Part shown: piece after piece, positions 9,678 through 19,181 of the stretch | How positions within the stretch are numbered: the first letter of the stretch is position 1 | How the letters are laid out: the number at the start of each line of letters is the position of its first letter | Virus record (IMG/VR): IMGVR_UViG_3300010399_000033 | Span: 46,244-110,243 of that record | Reading direction: 5' to 3' (one strand) | From: a virus | DNA: 64,000 nt | Notes under the pieces: generated by a model | What the model was told of the DNA's origin: nothing | What the model saw: the letters and a program-made list of their open reading frames with translations, nothing else | Databases searched by the model: none | Translations under genes and position numbers: made by a program

Positions 9678-10078
9678 GGGTTTACCCCTAGGTTTTGCCG
9701 ACGTTCGTAGTCGGCGTAGTAGTTGAGATACCACTGCGCCTTGGCAATGTCCTCGCTCCCGCCCTTCTTCTTGGCGCGGGCAAGGTATTTGTGGATGTTG
9801 AACTTGAGCGCGCCGCGGAATTCTTCGGGCGTCAGCCATGCTTCCAATACCTTGATGACCTCGTACGGGTTGTCTGCACCGCCGTAGTGGTCAGGATGGT
9901 TCACAGCTTCCTCGGAAGTGCCGCCTTCGAGCAACTCGACGGTCAGGTCGATCTTTGACGGATCTGTGCAATCAAGCCCTTCCAGAATTATTTCGCGCAT
10001 CTCATATGCCACGTTCTCGTCACCTACTTCGGTGAAGCAGAACTGCGGCAGTGTGACACGAAATGAATGGCTGGTCAT
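9659..10078 (-). CDS. DUF3310 domain protein (T7 gp1.7-like nucleotide kinase family)
   Basis: VNHPDHY...KYLARAKKKGGSEDIAKAQWYL. Confidence 0.85.
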   Translation of the reverse strand: MTSHSFRVTLPQFCFTEVGDENVAYEMREIILEGLDCTDPSKIDLTVELLEGGTSEEAVNHPDHYGGADNPYEVIKVLEAWLTPEEFRGALKFNIHKYLARAKKKGGSEDIAKAQWYLNYYADYERRQNLGVNPCTSDG

Positions 10079-10566
10079 GAAGTAGCATCCTTCTGTCGGC
10101 GACGGATCTCGCTCTCGGCTAGCCTAGACAGCTCGTGGGTCAATGTAGGCCCACCCGCTGCCACCAGCATGTCGCACGCGCGACATTCTTGCAAAGTCAG
10201 ATTCGGTCGACGCGCACCAAAGTGTTTGAGGTAGTACGCGAACATGATCTGCGCGGCGGCATAGTCGACGCCATGATCGTGAACGAAGTGCATAACCGGG
10301 AAAGCTCCAGTGCGCTGCGCCACATCGGATTTGTGCAAGGCATTGTAGACAGCCTCGGCTTCGCTGCGGTGCTCGGGCGTATGCTTGGCAACGTCCGCCT
10401 CGAACCTTTCCACTGAATACCCGGGACGTCCGGGTTCTCCGATCTTGATGCCCAATCGATCGAGACTGGCGTGCATGGCGTGCCGCGACAACGCCTCGGC
10501 GATCAGAGCGATGGTCTCGTCCTTCGACATCGGATCAATCTCCCGGAACCCCGTTGTCCTCTTCAT
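10075..10566 (-). CDS. Hypothetical protein
   Basis: ORF within the replication operon. Confidence 0.55.
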   Translation of the reverse strand: MKRTTGFREIDPMSKDETIALIAEALSRHAMHASLDRLGIKIGEPGRPGYSVERFEADVAKHTPEHRSEAEAVYNALHKSDVAQRTGAFPVMHFVHDHGVDYAAAQIMFAYYLKHFGARRPNLTLQECRACDMLVAAGGPTLTHELSRLAESEIRRRQKDATS

Positions 10567-11995
10567 ATGTCTCAGCTACGCCGTTCGTCGGCATCAGCGT
10601 GTCGAAATAGTCGTCAGGCAACACTACCGAGTCGGTGCAGAACTGCCCTCGGTCGAGGTGCTGGGTAATCAACAGACCGAACTTGTCCTTTTTCGATCGC
10701 GCGTGCTCGACATACACGCGCGCCAAGCCGAATTGCCTTTCCGGACGAGTCGCCGAGTAGGTCAGGACGATATCCGCCGTCTGGATCTGGCTGATGTCCT
10801 CGCCGATGTCGGTGGAGCGAGCCACCTCGTTTTCGTTACCTTTCCTGTTGAGCTGATCAACCACAACCAGTGCAAGATTGCGCTCGAACGCCAACGCGCG
10901 CAGCCGTTCCAGATTATGCCCAAGACTGATCCGGTAGTCGCTCGCCGACCGTGCGTTCTGTTTCATCAGCTTGGGATAGTCCAGGACCATCAGGTCGGGG
11001 ATGAAGCCATCAACCATCTCAATGCTGTCGAGGTAAGCTGACAGCATCTCGACACTCAGCGCGCGGTTGGGGAACTGCTTGATGATCAGATTGGACTCCT
11101 TGCCGCGCAGCTGTTCCATTCGCGCCGCAAGTTCCTCGGCGAGCACCGGGCTGTTGAGGTCAAACTGAACCGGGACGTCCTCGTGCTCGATCGCGCGGAT
11201 GTCGCCGTTGCCGTCGCGGAGGATGATTGGCGCGCGCGTCATCTCAGCTGATTGCTGCGGCACGCCGAACAGCGACTGGTAGTAGCGCATCCGCGTTTCG
11301 TTTTCCGAGTTCTCCAAGCTGATATGCAGGACGCGCAGTCGGCGCAGCAATGCGGCCTTGGCAACGCCGACCAGGAACCACGACTTGCCACCACCCTTAG
11401 GTCCGATCAGCAGGAAAATACGTTTCCGCGCCGGGACGATTCCGCGCCGGTCCAGGACCGCAATTCCTGTCGAGAACTCACGATTGTCATTGCGCAGCCA
11501 TTCGATGAATTCCTCAAGTGGATCGTCTAGCTTGACGCCGCGCTCGAACATCTGGTTCCGCGCGCGCATGATGTCGGCAAGGATTTCCTCGACATCCTCG
11601 ATCGAGCTGTCGCCCTGCCGCGTAATGATTTCAGCGGAGCGAAGGATTGCTTCCTTGAGCTGACCTTCACGGTTCTTCCGCTGCAGCGTGTCGACCACGT
11701 ATTTGGCATTGATGCCCTCGGAGAGCATCGCCATCTGCATCAGGATGCGGCGGATCAGACTGGCGCGACGGTTCGTCGGATCCTCGAGGATATCCGCGAA
11801 CAGATCAGCCGTGTGTGCCTTCGGCGCGTGCCCATACTGCCGCCAGTAAGTCACGCACCGCTCGGCGATCAGGCGGTACTCGCCGTCGAGCGCCTCGACG
11901 TCGAGCGCAGAGGCGACGATCCGACCGTTCTGGTCGTCGTGAGCTAGGATCGTGATAATATTCTCACATTGGGCGCCAGATGGTTTCTCAGTCAT
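10535..11995 (-). CDS. DnaB-like replicative helicase
   Basis: GPKGGGKS, HISLEN, MVLDYP, DQLNR, GEDISQIQTAD. Confidence 0.88.
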   Translation of the reverse strand: MTEKPSGAQCENIITILAHDDQNGRIVASALDVEALDGEYRLIAERCVTYWRQYGHAPKAHTADLFADILEDPTNRRASLIRRILMQMAMLSEGINAKYVVDTLQRKNREGQLKEAILRSAEIITRQGDSSIEDVEEILADIMRARNQMFERGVKLDDPLEEFIEWLRNDNREFSTGIAVLDRRGIVPARKRIFLLIGPKGGGKSWFLVGVAKAALLRRLRVLHISLENSENETRMRYYQSLFGVPQQSAEMTRAPIILRDGNGDIRAIEHEDVPVQFDLNSPVLAEELAARMEQLRGKESNLIIKQFPNRALSVEMLSAYLDSIEMVDGFIPDLMVLDYPKLMKQNARSASDYRISLGHNLERLRALAFERNLALVVVDQLNRKGNENEVARSTDIGEDISQIQTADIVLTYSATRPERQFGLARVYVEHARSKKDKFGLLITQHLDRGQFCTDSVVLPDDYFDTLMPTNGVAETYEEDNGVPGD

Positions 11996-12468
11996 TTTTT
12001 GAGCCCCTTGTTCCAAGCAACTCTCCCCATTGTAGCGAATGATATTTTTCGGCGATGCTCCTCAGATTTAGGAATACCCTTAGTTTTCCCACGAAGACCC
12101 TTCGATATCTTTTTCTTGTGGGCGGATGTTAGCTTCCTTCCCCTCATTGCTATTGATTGCTTTTCCTTATGCTCCTGTGTTTTTGGAATACCTCGCATTC
12201 TGGGAGCTGCGTCGATATGATTTTGCTCGCATCTGGTTATGATTACATTTCCGACTTCGTATGAGCCGACGTCCCCTGGCCGCGCCATAACGAACTGACC
12301 AAGCATGCGTCCTCGATTTTTCAAATGCCCTGAATCCTGCCAAATACTAAGCCAATCCTCGAATGTCAGCGTGAATGCGATTCCACGCCTCTTAGCGGAG
12401 GAGCGTTGGGTGCACCAGGCTCTTCTCCACTTCCTTATTTGCGCGGCAGTCGGCATTGCTGAAGTCAT
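11992..12468 (-). CDS. Free-standing HNH-like homing endonuclease with NUMOD3-like repeats
   Basis: AKRRGIAF.LTFEDW...MARPGDVGSYEVGNV....N; KTQEHKEK/KSEEHRRKIS repeats; lower GC. Confidence 0.75.
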   Translation of the reverse strand: MTSAMPTAAQIRKWRRAWCTQRSSAKRRGIAFTLTFEDWLSIWQDSGHLKNRGRMLGQFVMARPGDVGSYEVGNVIITRCEQNHIDAAPRMRGIPKTQEHKEKQSIAMRGRKLTSAHKKKISKGLRGKTKGIPKSEEHRRKISFATMGRVAWNKGLKK

Positions 12469-12476
12469 GGTTGTTG

Positions 12477-12953
12477 TTAACTCTCCCTGATACGGACGAT
12501 CCATTGCATCATGCCGCCGCGCGCGTATCCGGGGAATGCTCGATTGATCGCGGCCGGCAGGCGGTGGATGTGTCCCATCAGCGTCCGCGCGGTGACGGGA
12601 TATCCCGCGTTGGTCATATCCTTGTAGAGAAGCTCAACCCCCATGCGCAGCACGACGATCTGTCCTTGTCGCTGCGGGTGAGCATTCCGCAGATAGGTTA
12701 GCAGTCCGGGCAGCTTCTGCCGAAACCTGGAATCGATCGCCCGCATCAGCACGCCGGCATGCGGACACTCGACGCCCATGCCGGTCAGCGTTCGCGCGAT
12801 CGCGTCAACCACCATGACTTCGCCGGACTCCGCCTCCTCGGTGCCGTCTATGGAAAGCTGCAGCAGTGCGCGAGCGCGGGCGATCAATCGCGTCAGCTGC
12901 TCGTGCGTCAGCTGTGGCAGCAGTGCGTTGATCTGCTCAGCTGGCGTGGTCAT
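12477..12953 (-). CDS. Hypothetical protein (replication block)
   Basis: ORF from MTTPAEQ. Confidence 0.6.
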   Translation of the reverse strand: MTTPAEQINALLPQLTHEQLTRLIARARALLQLSIDGTEEAESGEVMVVDAIARTLTGMGVECPHAGVLMRAIDSRFRQKLPGLLTYLRNAHPQRQGQIVVLRMGVELLYKDMTNAGYPVTARTLMGHIHRLPAAINRAFPGYARGGMMQWIVRIRES

Positions 12954-13095
12954 GACTTCTTGCGCTCTTGTCGTTTCTTTGCCCGGCGCTGATGGCGATT
13001 GGTTGGATGCTCCCACGGGCGTTGCTTGTTCGGTTTATCTGATGGACCGCGACCGATTGGAGCGATGGTCGCTTTGGTGATTCCACGTCGAGCCT

Positions 13096-13545
13096 TCATA
13101 CTCGTTTCCCCTCCAGGCATGCGGCGCAGATGTCCAGACCGCGCGTGTCGCGGCGGATCTCAGGATTGCTGAGTTGGGAGGCGACGAGCAGGCCGCACGC
13201 CGAGCCGCTGTCGGTCCACACATGCGCGAGCAGCGCGTACTGGTTCCGGATGATGTAGCGCGGGCCCAGTCGCTTGCGCGGTGGAGGATTGCAAGCAGGT
13301 CGTGCGGCTGTGCTTGCTTGCCGAGATGATTCGGCTGGCGGGAGTACCTTAAGCCTGTCGGCCGGGACGTTCAGCGTCATCAGCTCGCCGCAACGGATGC
13401 AACGAAACCGCGTGGTGGGTTTGACCCGCTCGCGATCGACGAGGCCTAGGCTGCCGCACTTGAGGCAGAGCACGGCCCGCTTGTTCGGCGGAACGAACAC
13501 AGCCTTCGCTTTGCGTGGCACAGCGTTGTACGTATTCTTACTCAT
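13096..13545 (-). CDS. Zn-ribbon protein
   Basis: CLKC, CIRC, H...C...CAAC motifs. Confidence 0.6.
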   Translation of the reverse strand: MSKNTYNAVPRKAKAVFVPPNKRAVLCLKCGSLGLVDRERVKPTTRFRCIRCGELMTLNVPADRLKVLPPAESSRQASTAARPACNPPPRKRLGPRYIIRNQYALLAHVWTDSGSACGLLVASQLSNPEIRRDTRGLDICAACLEGKRV

Positions 13546-13569
13546 CCCCTGCCCATCTGTGGTGCCCAC

Positions 13570-14284
13570 CGGTGCGCGCGAGCGCGCGGAGCATGGGTTC
13601 TACTGCCTCATATCGCCCGGCGCACCGGTGGCGACCGCACGAGCATGGCGGAGCATTCCAGGGATTGACAAGGGCGGGGATTATCGGGGACAAAAGAAAT
13701 GCCCCGGCGATGCGTGTCACATCCCGGGGCGGAGATCCGTGTTTAGGGCTGGCAGGCCTCACGGAAACTGCGAAGACGGTACACGAAGTTGCCTCTCCGC
13801 GCAATCCCTCCCCCGCCAGAAAATCGGACACGACATGCCCATCCCGGGTGAACCCGGGGTCCACCAGCAGGAAGCTCGGGAGACGAGCGACCGGACGGGC
13901 CACCCAATCAGTCCGAGGTCGTGCGCCACTTCCGCGTGGGGGACCGAGAGACCCGCAGGTCATTGAACCTGACCGGGAGTGGGGAACAGCGCCGCGTGGA
14001 TGCGCTGTCTCTCCTGCCGTCGAGAACTTAGCCATGGGGAGTCACGAGGCGCCACAGCTCGACCCGCCTCAAGATGACTGTCCTTCCTCTGGGAAGGTTT
14101 AGGGCTCCCACCCACGCTCAGCCAAAGTGACCAGGCTCCGCCAGTTGCAAAAGCTCATACCATGGTCCTTGCTAGGCCATGGTATGCCTGCTTCCCTCAC
14201 CTGCCGTTGCAAACCAGTTCAGGTTTTCCTCATTGTCCTGGCCAGCCCTGGAAGGATTTTAAGCTAGCGGAGATATGACCAGCT
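13570..14284. other. Hairpin-rich, probably non-coding divergence region between the replication and late operons
   Basis: Strand switch; inverted repeats at 13701-13730, 13729-13800 and 14156-14186; TTGACA near 13667. Confidence 0.55.
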
Positions 14285-14314
14285 GTGATGGAAAAATCCT
14301 GGCGGAGAACTCAG

Positions 14315-14533
14315 ATGTCGAGGAAATGGGAATACTATACAGAGACTTTGACTGGTGGCCCTGACGGATGGGTCAAGGACCTGGACCAGCTAGGCCAGGA
14401 GGGGTGGGAGCTGGTCCAGGTGGACTTTACTTCATTTCCTCACGTAGCTGTGCTGAAGCGGCCAGCAGATGTGTCGGATGATCTTGGAATGGGGGATCTT
14501 GCAGACCGGGACTTGGACAAGGAGCGGCGATGA
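14315..14533 (+). CDS. DUF4177-like protein
   Basis: KWEY...LDQLGQEGWELVQV...LKRP. Confidence 0.75.
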   Translation: MSRKWEYYTETLTGGPDGWVKDLDQLGQEGWELVQVDFTSFPHVAVLKRPADVSDDLGMGDLADRDLDKERR

Positions 14534-14763
14534 AGCGAGCGCGCAAGAAGCTGAATGTGTGGGGTGGGCTCGTCATGCTTCCCGAAGGCCAAACGCGCGT
14601 GCTGGTTGCGACCAAGACACAGGCCGAGGCCGCGCAACTGTTTGGCGAGTCCGTCTATCACTTTCGAGAACACATGACGCAGACGTTCAACAAGGACGAG
14701 ATCGCGCTGGCGCTGGGATCTCACGGCGTCCGGCTTTATCCGAAAGGAAGGGGAAACCGATGA
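14530..14763 (+). CDS. Hypothetical protein
   Basis: ATGA-coupled ORF; resembles 6145..6429 (VA.K...EAA.L...PGVRLY/HGVRLY). Confidence 0.6.
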   Translation: MKRARKKLNVWGGLVMLPEGQTRVLVATKTQAEAAQLFGESVYHFREHMTQTFNKDEIALALGSHGVRLYPKGRGNR

Positions 14764-15020
14764 TTTTTGAAGCCAAGGCTGAGCATGAAGTCGCTTACCA
14801 GGAACTCGCGGAGCTGATTCACCGACATGCCGACAGCATGACTGCACTGGAAGTGTTGGCGGTTGCTGCAAATATTGTTGGCAAGCTGGTGGCACTGCAG
14901 GACCAACGCACAATCACTGCTGAGCAGGCGCTGGAAGTCGTAGCGCGCAACATCGAACTCGGCAATCGCCAAGTGCTCGGCCATCAGCAGGAACTTGTGG
15001 GAGGCAAAGTAAATCGATGA
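14760..15020 (+). CDS. Hypothetical protein
   Basis: ATGA-coupled ORF. Confidence 0.6.
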   Translation: MIFEAKAEHEVAYQELAELIHRHADSMTALEVLAVAANIVGKLVALQDQRTITAEQALEVVARNIELGNRQVLGHQQELVGGKVNR

Positions 15021-15238
15021 GCAGCAGCGTTTCCGACAAGCTGAAGGCGCTCAAGTGCGCGCACAAAGCGCTTCGTGCGATGTCAATCATCTCTGGGAGC
15101 AGCTCCGCCGATCAGCATCTCACAGTACTTTCCGAGGTCGTCGATGAGTACGAGGAAAAAGCCGAGGCCGAGGAAGCAGCCAATCTGGCAGAATTGGAAA
15201 GAGTGACCGCGGATTTGAAACGGAGGAAAAACCAATGA
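15017..15238 (+). CDS. Hypothetical protein
   Basis: ATGA-coupled ORF. Confidence 0.55.
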   Translation: MSSSVSDKLKALKCAHKALRAMSIISGSSSADQHLTVLSEVVDEYEEKAEAEEAANLAELERVTADLKRRKNQ

Positions 15239-16221
15239 GCAGAAAACCGAACGAGCAACTGGCCCGAACCATTCTTGACGGACCGCAGGGCCAGCTTATC
15301 CGCACGCTGGTGCTGCAGGAGCAGTCGCCGGTTTCGGATGCGGAGCTGGCAGAACTGATCAAGCAGCTGAAGGATTACGGCGACACTCTGCAGAAGATCG
15401 GCGAGCGCAATGTCTCAAGCCATTATCAAGACGTGGCAAGGGCCGGGCAGCAGAGACTGGACTGGGCGGCGATGGTCAAGAAGGCCGCCGACATCCTCGC
15501 CGCTCAGGACGCCACGATTTTGGGCGTGCGGGGGAGAGCAGCTGTACTTCAGGGGCAACTTGATGGCGCCAATGAAAAGATTGAGCAGATGAATGCCATC
15601 GACCGTGAGGCCGCCGAGCACGTCGAAAGCGTGATCTGCATGCGCAGCGCGCACTTCACCGGAGAGGATCCGTATGTGGGATGGAAGGGTCTAGGACTTG
15701 CTCTGACGCAGGACTACGATGACCTCGCGATCAAGGAAGCACAGCTTACCGCGGCTCGCGCCCTGCTCGACGATGTCTTGCGGAAGCATTCCGATGTCAA
15801 TAAGCAGCTGGAGCATGTCCTGTCCGACTATGTGCATTGGTTGGACGCACGCATGCAGCGCGCCGGCCGGTCGAGTACAACGCCGGATCAACGTATTGAG
15901 GCGGCCAAGCGGAAAATCGTGGATACGTCACACCTTCCGGGCCACACGAACCTGGTGCATGTCGAACTGAAGAAGGTCGTTCCCACTTCAGACAAGGAAG
16001 CGTCGGCGCTGACGGACAGGGAGATTCAGATAGATTACACGCTTCACTGTCAGCTGTGGGACGCAAGAAGCGCGGACGACGACGGATACAGCGGATCCCC
16101 CGGCGAATGGATCGTCGAGCGCCTCGACGAGCTGAAGACCGCAGCCAAGGAACGCGGCATCACGCTGGTCGAACCGCCTCATGTCGTGTCGGCGCTGGAC
16201 AAAAATGACGAGGTCGATTGA
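15235..16221 (+). CDS. Coiled-coil hypothetical protein
   Basis: GGAGG RBS, 328 aa ORF. Confidence 0.65.
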   Translation: MSRKPNEQLARTILDGPQGQLIRTLVLQEQSPVSDAELAELIKQLKDYGDTLQKIGERNVSSHYQDVARAGQQRLDWAAMVKKAADILAAQDATILGVRGRAAVLQGQLDGANEKIEQMNAIDREAAEHVESVICMRSAHFTGEDPYVGWKGLGLALTQDYDDLAIKEAQLTAARALLDDVLRKHSDVNKQLEHVLSDYVHWLDARMQRAGRSSTTPDQRIEAAKRKIVDTSHLPGHTNLVHVELKKVVPTSDKEASALTDREIQIDYTLHCQLWDARSADDDGYSGSPGEWIVERLDELKTAAKERGITLVEPPHVVSALDKNDEVD

Positions 16222-16280
16222 CTTCGTCTGCGGTACGTGTTGTATCGTGTGTGGAACAACTGCTGACTCGCGGGCGGAAC

Positions 16281-16508
16281 ATGTCAGTGAAATCAGAGCC
16301 ATCTGTCGCATGGGCACGACTCGCTCGCGAGTTGCGAGCGGATCGCGATGAAATGCAGCGTTCCTTCCGCGATACGGCACGTCTCGCCGGTGTGAGTCTG
16401 GCAGCGTATCAGCGTGCCGAGACTGGACGTCCCGTCGACAGCCGAAACTTCCTCCTGCTGTGCGATTGGATCGATGCCGATCCTCGCTCCTTCCTGGAAA
16501 AGACGTGA
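16281..16508 (+). CDS. XRE-type HTH protein
   Basis: SFRDTARLAGVSLAAYQRAETG. Confidence 0.7.
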   Translation: MSVKSEPSVAWARLARELRADRDEMQRSFRDTARLAGVSLAAYQRAETGRPVDSRNFLLLCDWIDADPRSFLEKT

Positions 16509-16560
16509 CCCCTCCCTCCAATATGACCAATGCGTGTGGGAAAAGCAGGAGACGCGTCAG

Positions 16561-17040
16561 ATGAGAACGTGGCTTCACGCCAAGACCGGGCGCCGGTACA
16601 TCGAGATTGGACGAGGTCCGCTATCCGTATCGGCCGGGCCCGGACTGCAGGAGAATGATCGTGTCGTTGCCTACCGGCCCGAGGCCCCGGCCGGCGAGGA
16701 CATCTACTTTCGAGGCGAGCGCGAGTTCGACGACGGCCGGTTCGTTTTGCTGGACAGTCGTCCCGATGACGATGGCATCGCAGTCAAGGTCGATGTGATC
16801 GCGGCAGCCGACGCTGGACACCGCCTCGACGAGGCGCGCGGCGAGTTCATCAAGTGGGTGCTGCACAGTGCATTCATCTCAGGTGTGGCGGGAAACGATA
16901 TCGGGCAAAAGATTGTTCACAAGGCAATTGATCTTGGAGTGGCTCGCAAGGAGCACTACGATTCGGTGAATGATCATTCCGGACGACCGTTCACTGAACC
17001 GCATGGAACTCCATGGATTGTCGTGATGGTGACAGAATGA
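16561..17040 (+). CDS. Hypothetical protein
   Basis: AGGAG RBS; W.H.KTG..Y...Y.R...EF.DGRF motif. Confidence 0.6.
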   Translation: MRTWLHAKTGRRYIEIGRGPLSVSAGPGLQENDRVVAYRPEAPAGEDIYFRGEREFDDGRFVLLDSRPDDDGIAVKVDVIAAADAGHRLDEARGEFIKWVLHSAFISGVAGNDIGQKIVHKAIDLGVARKEHYDSVNDHSGRPFTEPHGTPWIVVMVTE

Positions 17041-17176
17041 CCAAGCAACGCATGTCGGGGAGCGAGGTGGATGCCGTGTCCCGCTGGGGACGTCGCTATC
17101 TGCGCTGGCGTGCCGGCCAGCGCGCGTGGTGGAAACGCAAACTGCGGCGCCGCATCCGGCGCGGAAGGATCGAGCA

Positions 17177-17380
17177 ATGACGCAAGCAGTGAAACGCGAT
17201 ACCGGCCCGTGGACTTTTGAGCTGCAAGGAACCAGCGTGGTGATCATGTTCGATTGCGGCTCGGATCAAGGCGCTGCGGAGATGTATGAAGCGTTTTGTC
17301 AGGCAGCTGCGACAGGGTCCGTGGTCCATTTTGAGCTGAATGGTGCCGAGATCACGCCACCCGGGACGATTGTCCAATGA
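17177..17380 (+). CDS. Hypothetical protein
   Basis: ATGA-coupled ORF. Confidence 0.5.
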   Translation: MTQAVKRDTGPWTFELQGTSVVIMFDCGSDQGAAEMYEAFCQAAATGSVVHFELNGAEITPPGTIVQ

Positions 17381-17803
17381 CCGCGATCACCTGGTTTCGA
17401 GGCCGTTACGGCTTCCTGTCGAACTTCTTTCCAGCGAAGATCCGTTACGGGGAGCACGAATACCCGACCGTGGAGCACGCCTACCAGGCGATGAAGTCGC
17501 TTTCGCCTGTGGAGCGACACGCCATATGGATGGCGTTGACGCCGGGAAAGGCGAAGCGCCTCGGCCATCGGGTGCAATATCCGCGTCCGGACTGGCATGA
17601 ATACAAGCTCCCCGCTGATGAATGAGCTTGTGCGGATCAAGTTCGAGGATCCTAAGCTTGCGGCGCTGCTCGTCGCAACATCGCCGCTCGACCTGATCGA
17701 AGGCAATGAGCATGGTGACGTGTTCTGGGGACAATGCCCGATCGGCGACGGCGAGAACCATCTTGGCCGCATTCTCATGCGCGTTCGCGCGTCGTTGGGG
17801 TGA
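17377..17803 (+). CDS. NADAR family protein split by a +1 frameshift at ~17610
   Basis: N-half FLSNF...YPTVEHAYQAMK...AKRLG...DW; C-half in the next frame M...KF...LIEGN..GDVFWG...GENHLGRILM.VR. Confidence 0.88.
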
Positions 17804-17805
17804 GC

Positions 17806-18429
17806 ATGATCATCATTCCGGAAATCGAGCGAGTCGTCTTGCTGGTCCCGCGCACCGGCTCGGGGTCGTTGCGTAGGGCGATCGCCGAGAAGTACCCGCG
17901 CTCGTTCATGCTCTACCGCCACATGGAAGCCGACGGCGTGCCGCAGGGATACGATCGTTGGCCCCGGCTGGGCGTGGTGCGCAATCCGGTCGCACGCCTG
18001 TGGTCGCTCTACAAATTCCTGCCGCATGTCCATCGCTACGGCGACGGGCCGATTGAGCGGGCGTGGGAAGCGGCGCAACACGCCAGCGTTCGTGGAAAGG
18101 CGTTTGAGGAATGGATGCTCACCAATGAGACGCCGTTTGTCGGCACCGGGATATTTGCGATCACTGACTGTCGGCACGCGATGCCCGAGAACCGCAAAAG
18201 CCAGTGGGTCTATCTGCGTCCGGATCTTGGAACGAAGATCATCAAGTATCCGGAGCTTGCTCGACAGATCAAGGTTCATCTGGATGTCGACTTGACGGAT
18301 CGACGTGAGAATGCGAGCAGATGCGACGCGGAGATGCCTGAACTGTCGGCGGAGGGCTGGTTCCACGTCGCCCAGATGTTCAGATGGGATATGCGGATGT
18401 GCGATGATGAGCTGGGAGTGCGCGCATGA
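17806..18429 (+). CDS. Sulfotransferase-like protein (Sulfotransfer_2 type)
   Basis: VPRTGSGS (5'-PSB-like) and VRNPVARLWSLY (3'-PB-like). Confidence 0.7.
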   Translation: MIIIPEIERVVLLVPRTGSGSLRRAIAEKYPRSFMLYRHMEADGVPQGYDRWPRLGVVRNPVARLWSLYKFLPHVHRYGDGPIERAWEAAQHASVRGKAFEEWMLTNETPFVGTGIFAITDCRHAMPENRKSQWVYLRPDLGTKIIKYPELARQIKVHLDVDLTDRRENASRCDAEMPELSAEGWFHVAQMFRWDMRMCDDELGVRA

Positions 18430-18926
18430 CCGATGAGGAACCGCAGTGGATCTTGGCTCGTACCAAGGCGCGGCGCGAGCAGTACGCCGCCGAGAACATT
18501 CAGCGACAGGGCCTCCCTTTCTACTTGCCTTTCGCAGTAGATGCGCGGGACAAGATAGTCCCGATGTTCCCCAGCTACATTTTTGTTCGGATCACCGGCC
18601 GCTGGCGCTTTCTGGAGTCCACCTATGGCGTGGTCAGCGTGGTGAAACGTAGCGGGACTCCGGAAATCGTGCCTCTGCCGATCATTCTGGAGCTGCAGGC
18701 GCGAGCTAACAGGAAGGGGATGATTGAGCTTCCGGACCCGGAGTTCACGCTCGGTCAGACTCTACTCGTCCGAACAGGACTATTGCAAGGCGAGACTTGC
18801 TGGTATAAAGGCATGACAGGGACGAGTCGCGTGGCTGTGCTGATGGAGATCCTGGGAGCAACCAGGGCTGTGACACTGCCCCTCGACGCCGTCGAAGCTG
18901 CGCCCGCGCCACTCCGGGTGCGGTAG
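18426..18926 (+). CDS. NusG/RfaH-like transcription antiterminator
   Basis: W....TK.RRE..A..N..RQG...YLP, PMFPSYIFV, STYGV, C-terminal KOW-like segment. Confidence 0.85.
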   Translation: MTDEEPQWILARTKARREQYAAENIQRQGLPFYLPFAVDARDKIVPMFPSYIFVRITGRWRFLESTYGVVSVVKRSGTPEIVPLPIILELQARANRKGMIELPDPEFTLGQTLLVRTGLLQGETCWYKGMTGTSRVAVLMEILGATRAVTLPLDAVEAAPAPLRVR

Positions 18927-18932
18927 CTTTAG

Positions 18933-19181
18933 ATGAGCACACCAGACCAAGAGATTCTTTCGCCGCGCGAGTCCGAGCCGCTCGTCCTTCCACACAAGGG
19001 GATGCAGCGCAGCGAGGTCGAAGGCTTCCTTTACGGTGTCGCCTGGATCCTGGCCGAGAACGGCGTGCCGCGCGAACGCATCAGCAAGATCATCCATGGA
19101 CCAGCTGTTCAAAAAGCGAAGGAGCTTTGGCCTGACTTCGATATGACTACAGTGAGCAAACAAAAACGGGATGGTCCGTGA
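18933..19181 (+). CDS. Hypothetical protein
   Basis: ORF in operon. Confidence 0.5.
   Translation: MSTPDQEILSPRESEPLVLPHKGMQRSEVEGFLYGVAWILAENGVPRERISKIIHGPAVQKAKELWPDFDMTTVSKQKRDGP

Noticed and set aside
13921-14110. Group II intron starting at GTGCG
   Set aside because: No domain V consensus, no maturase and no interrupted gene.
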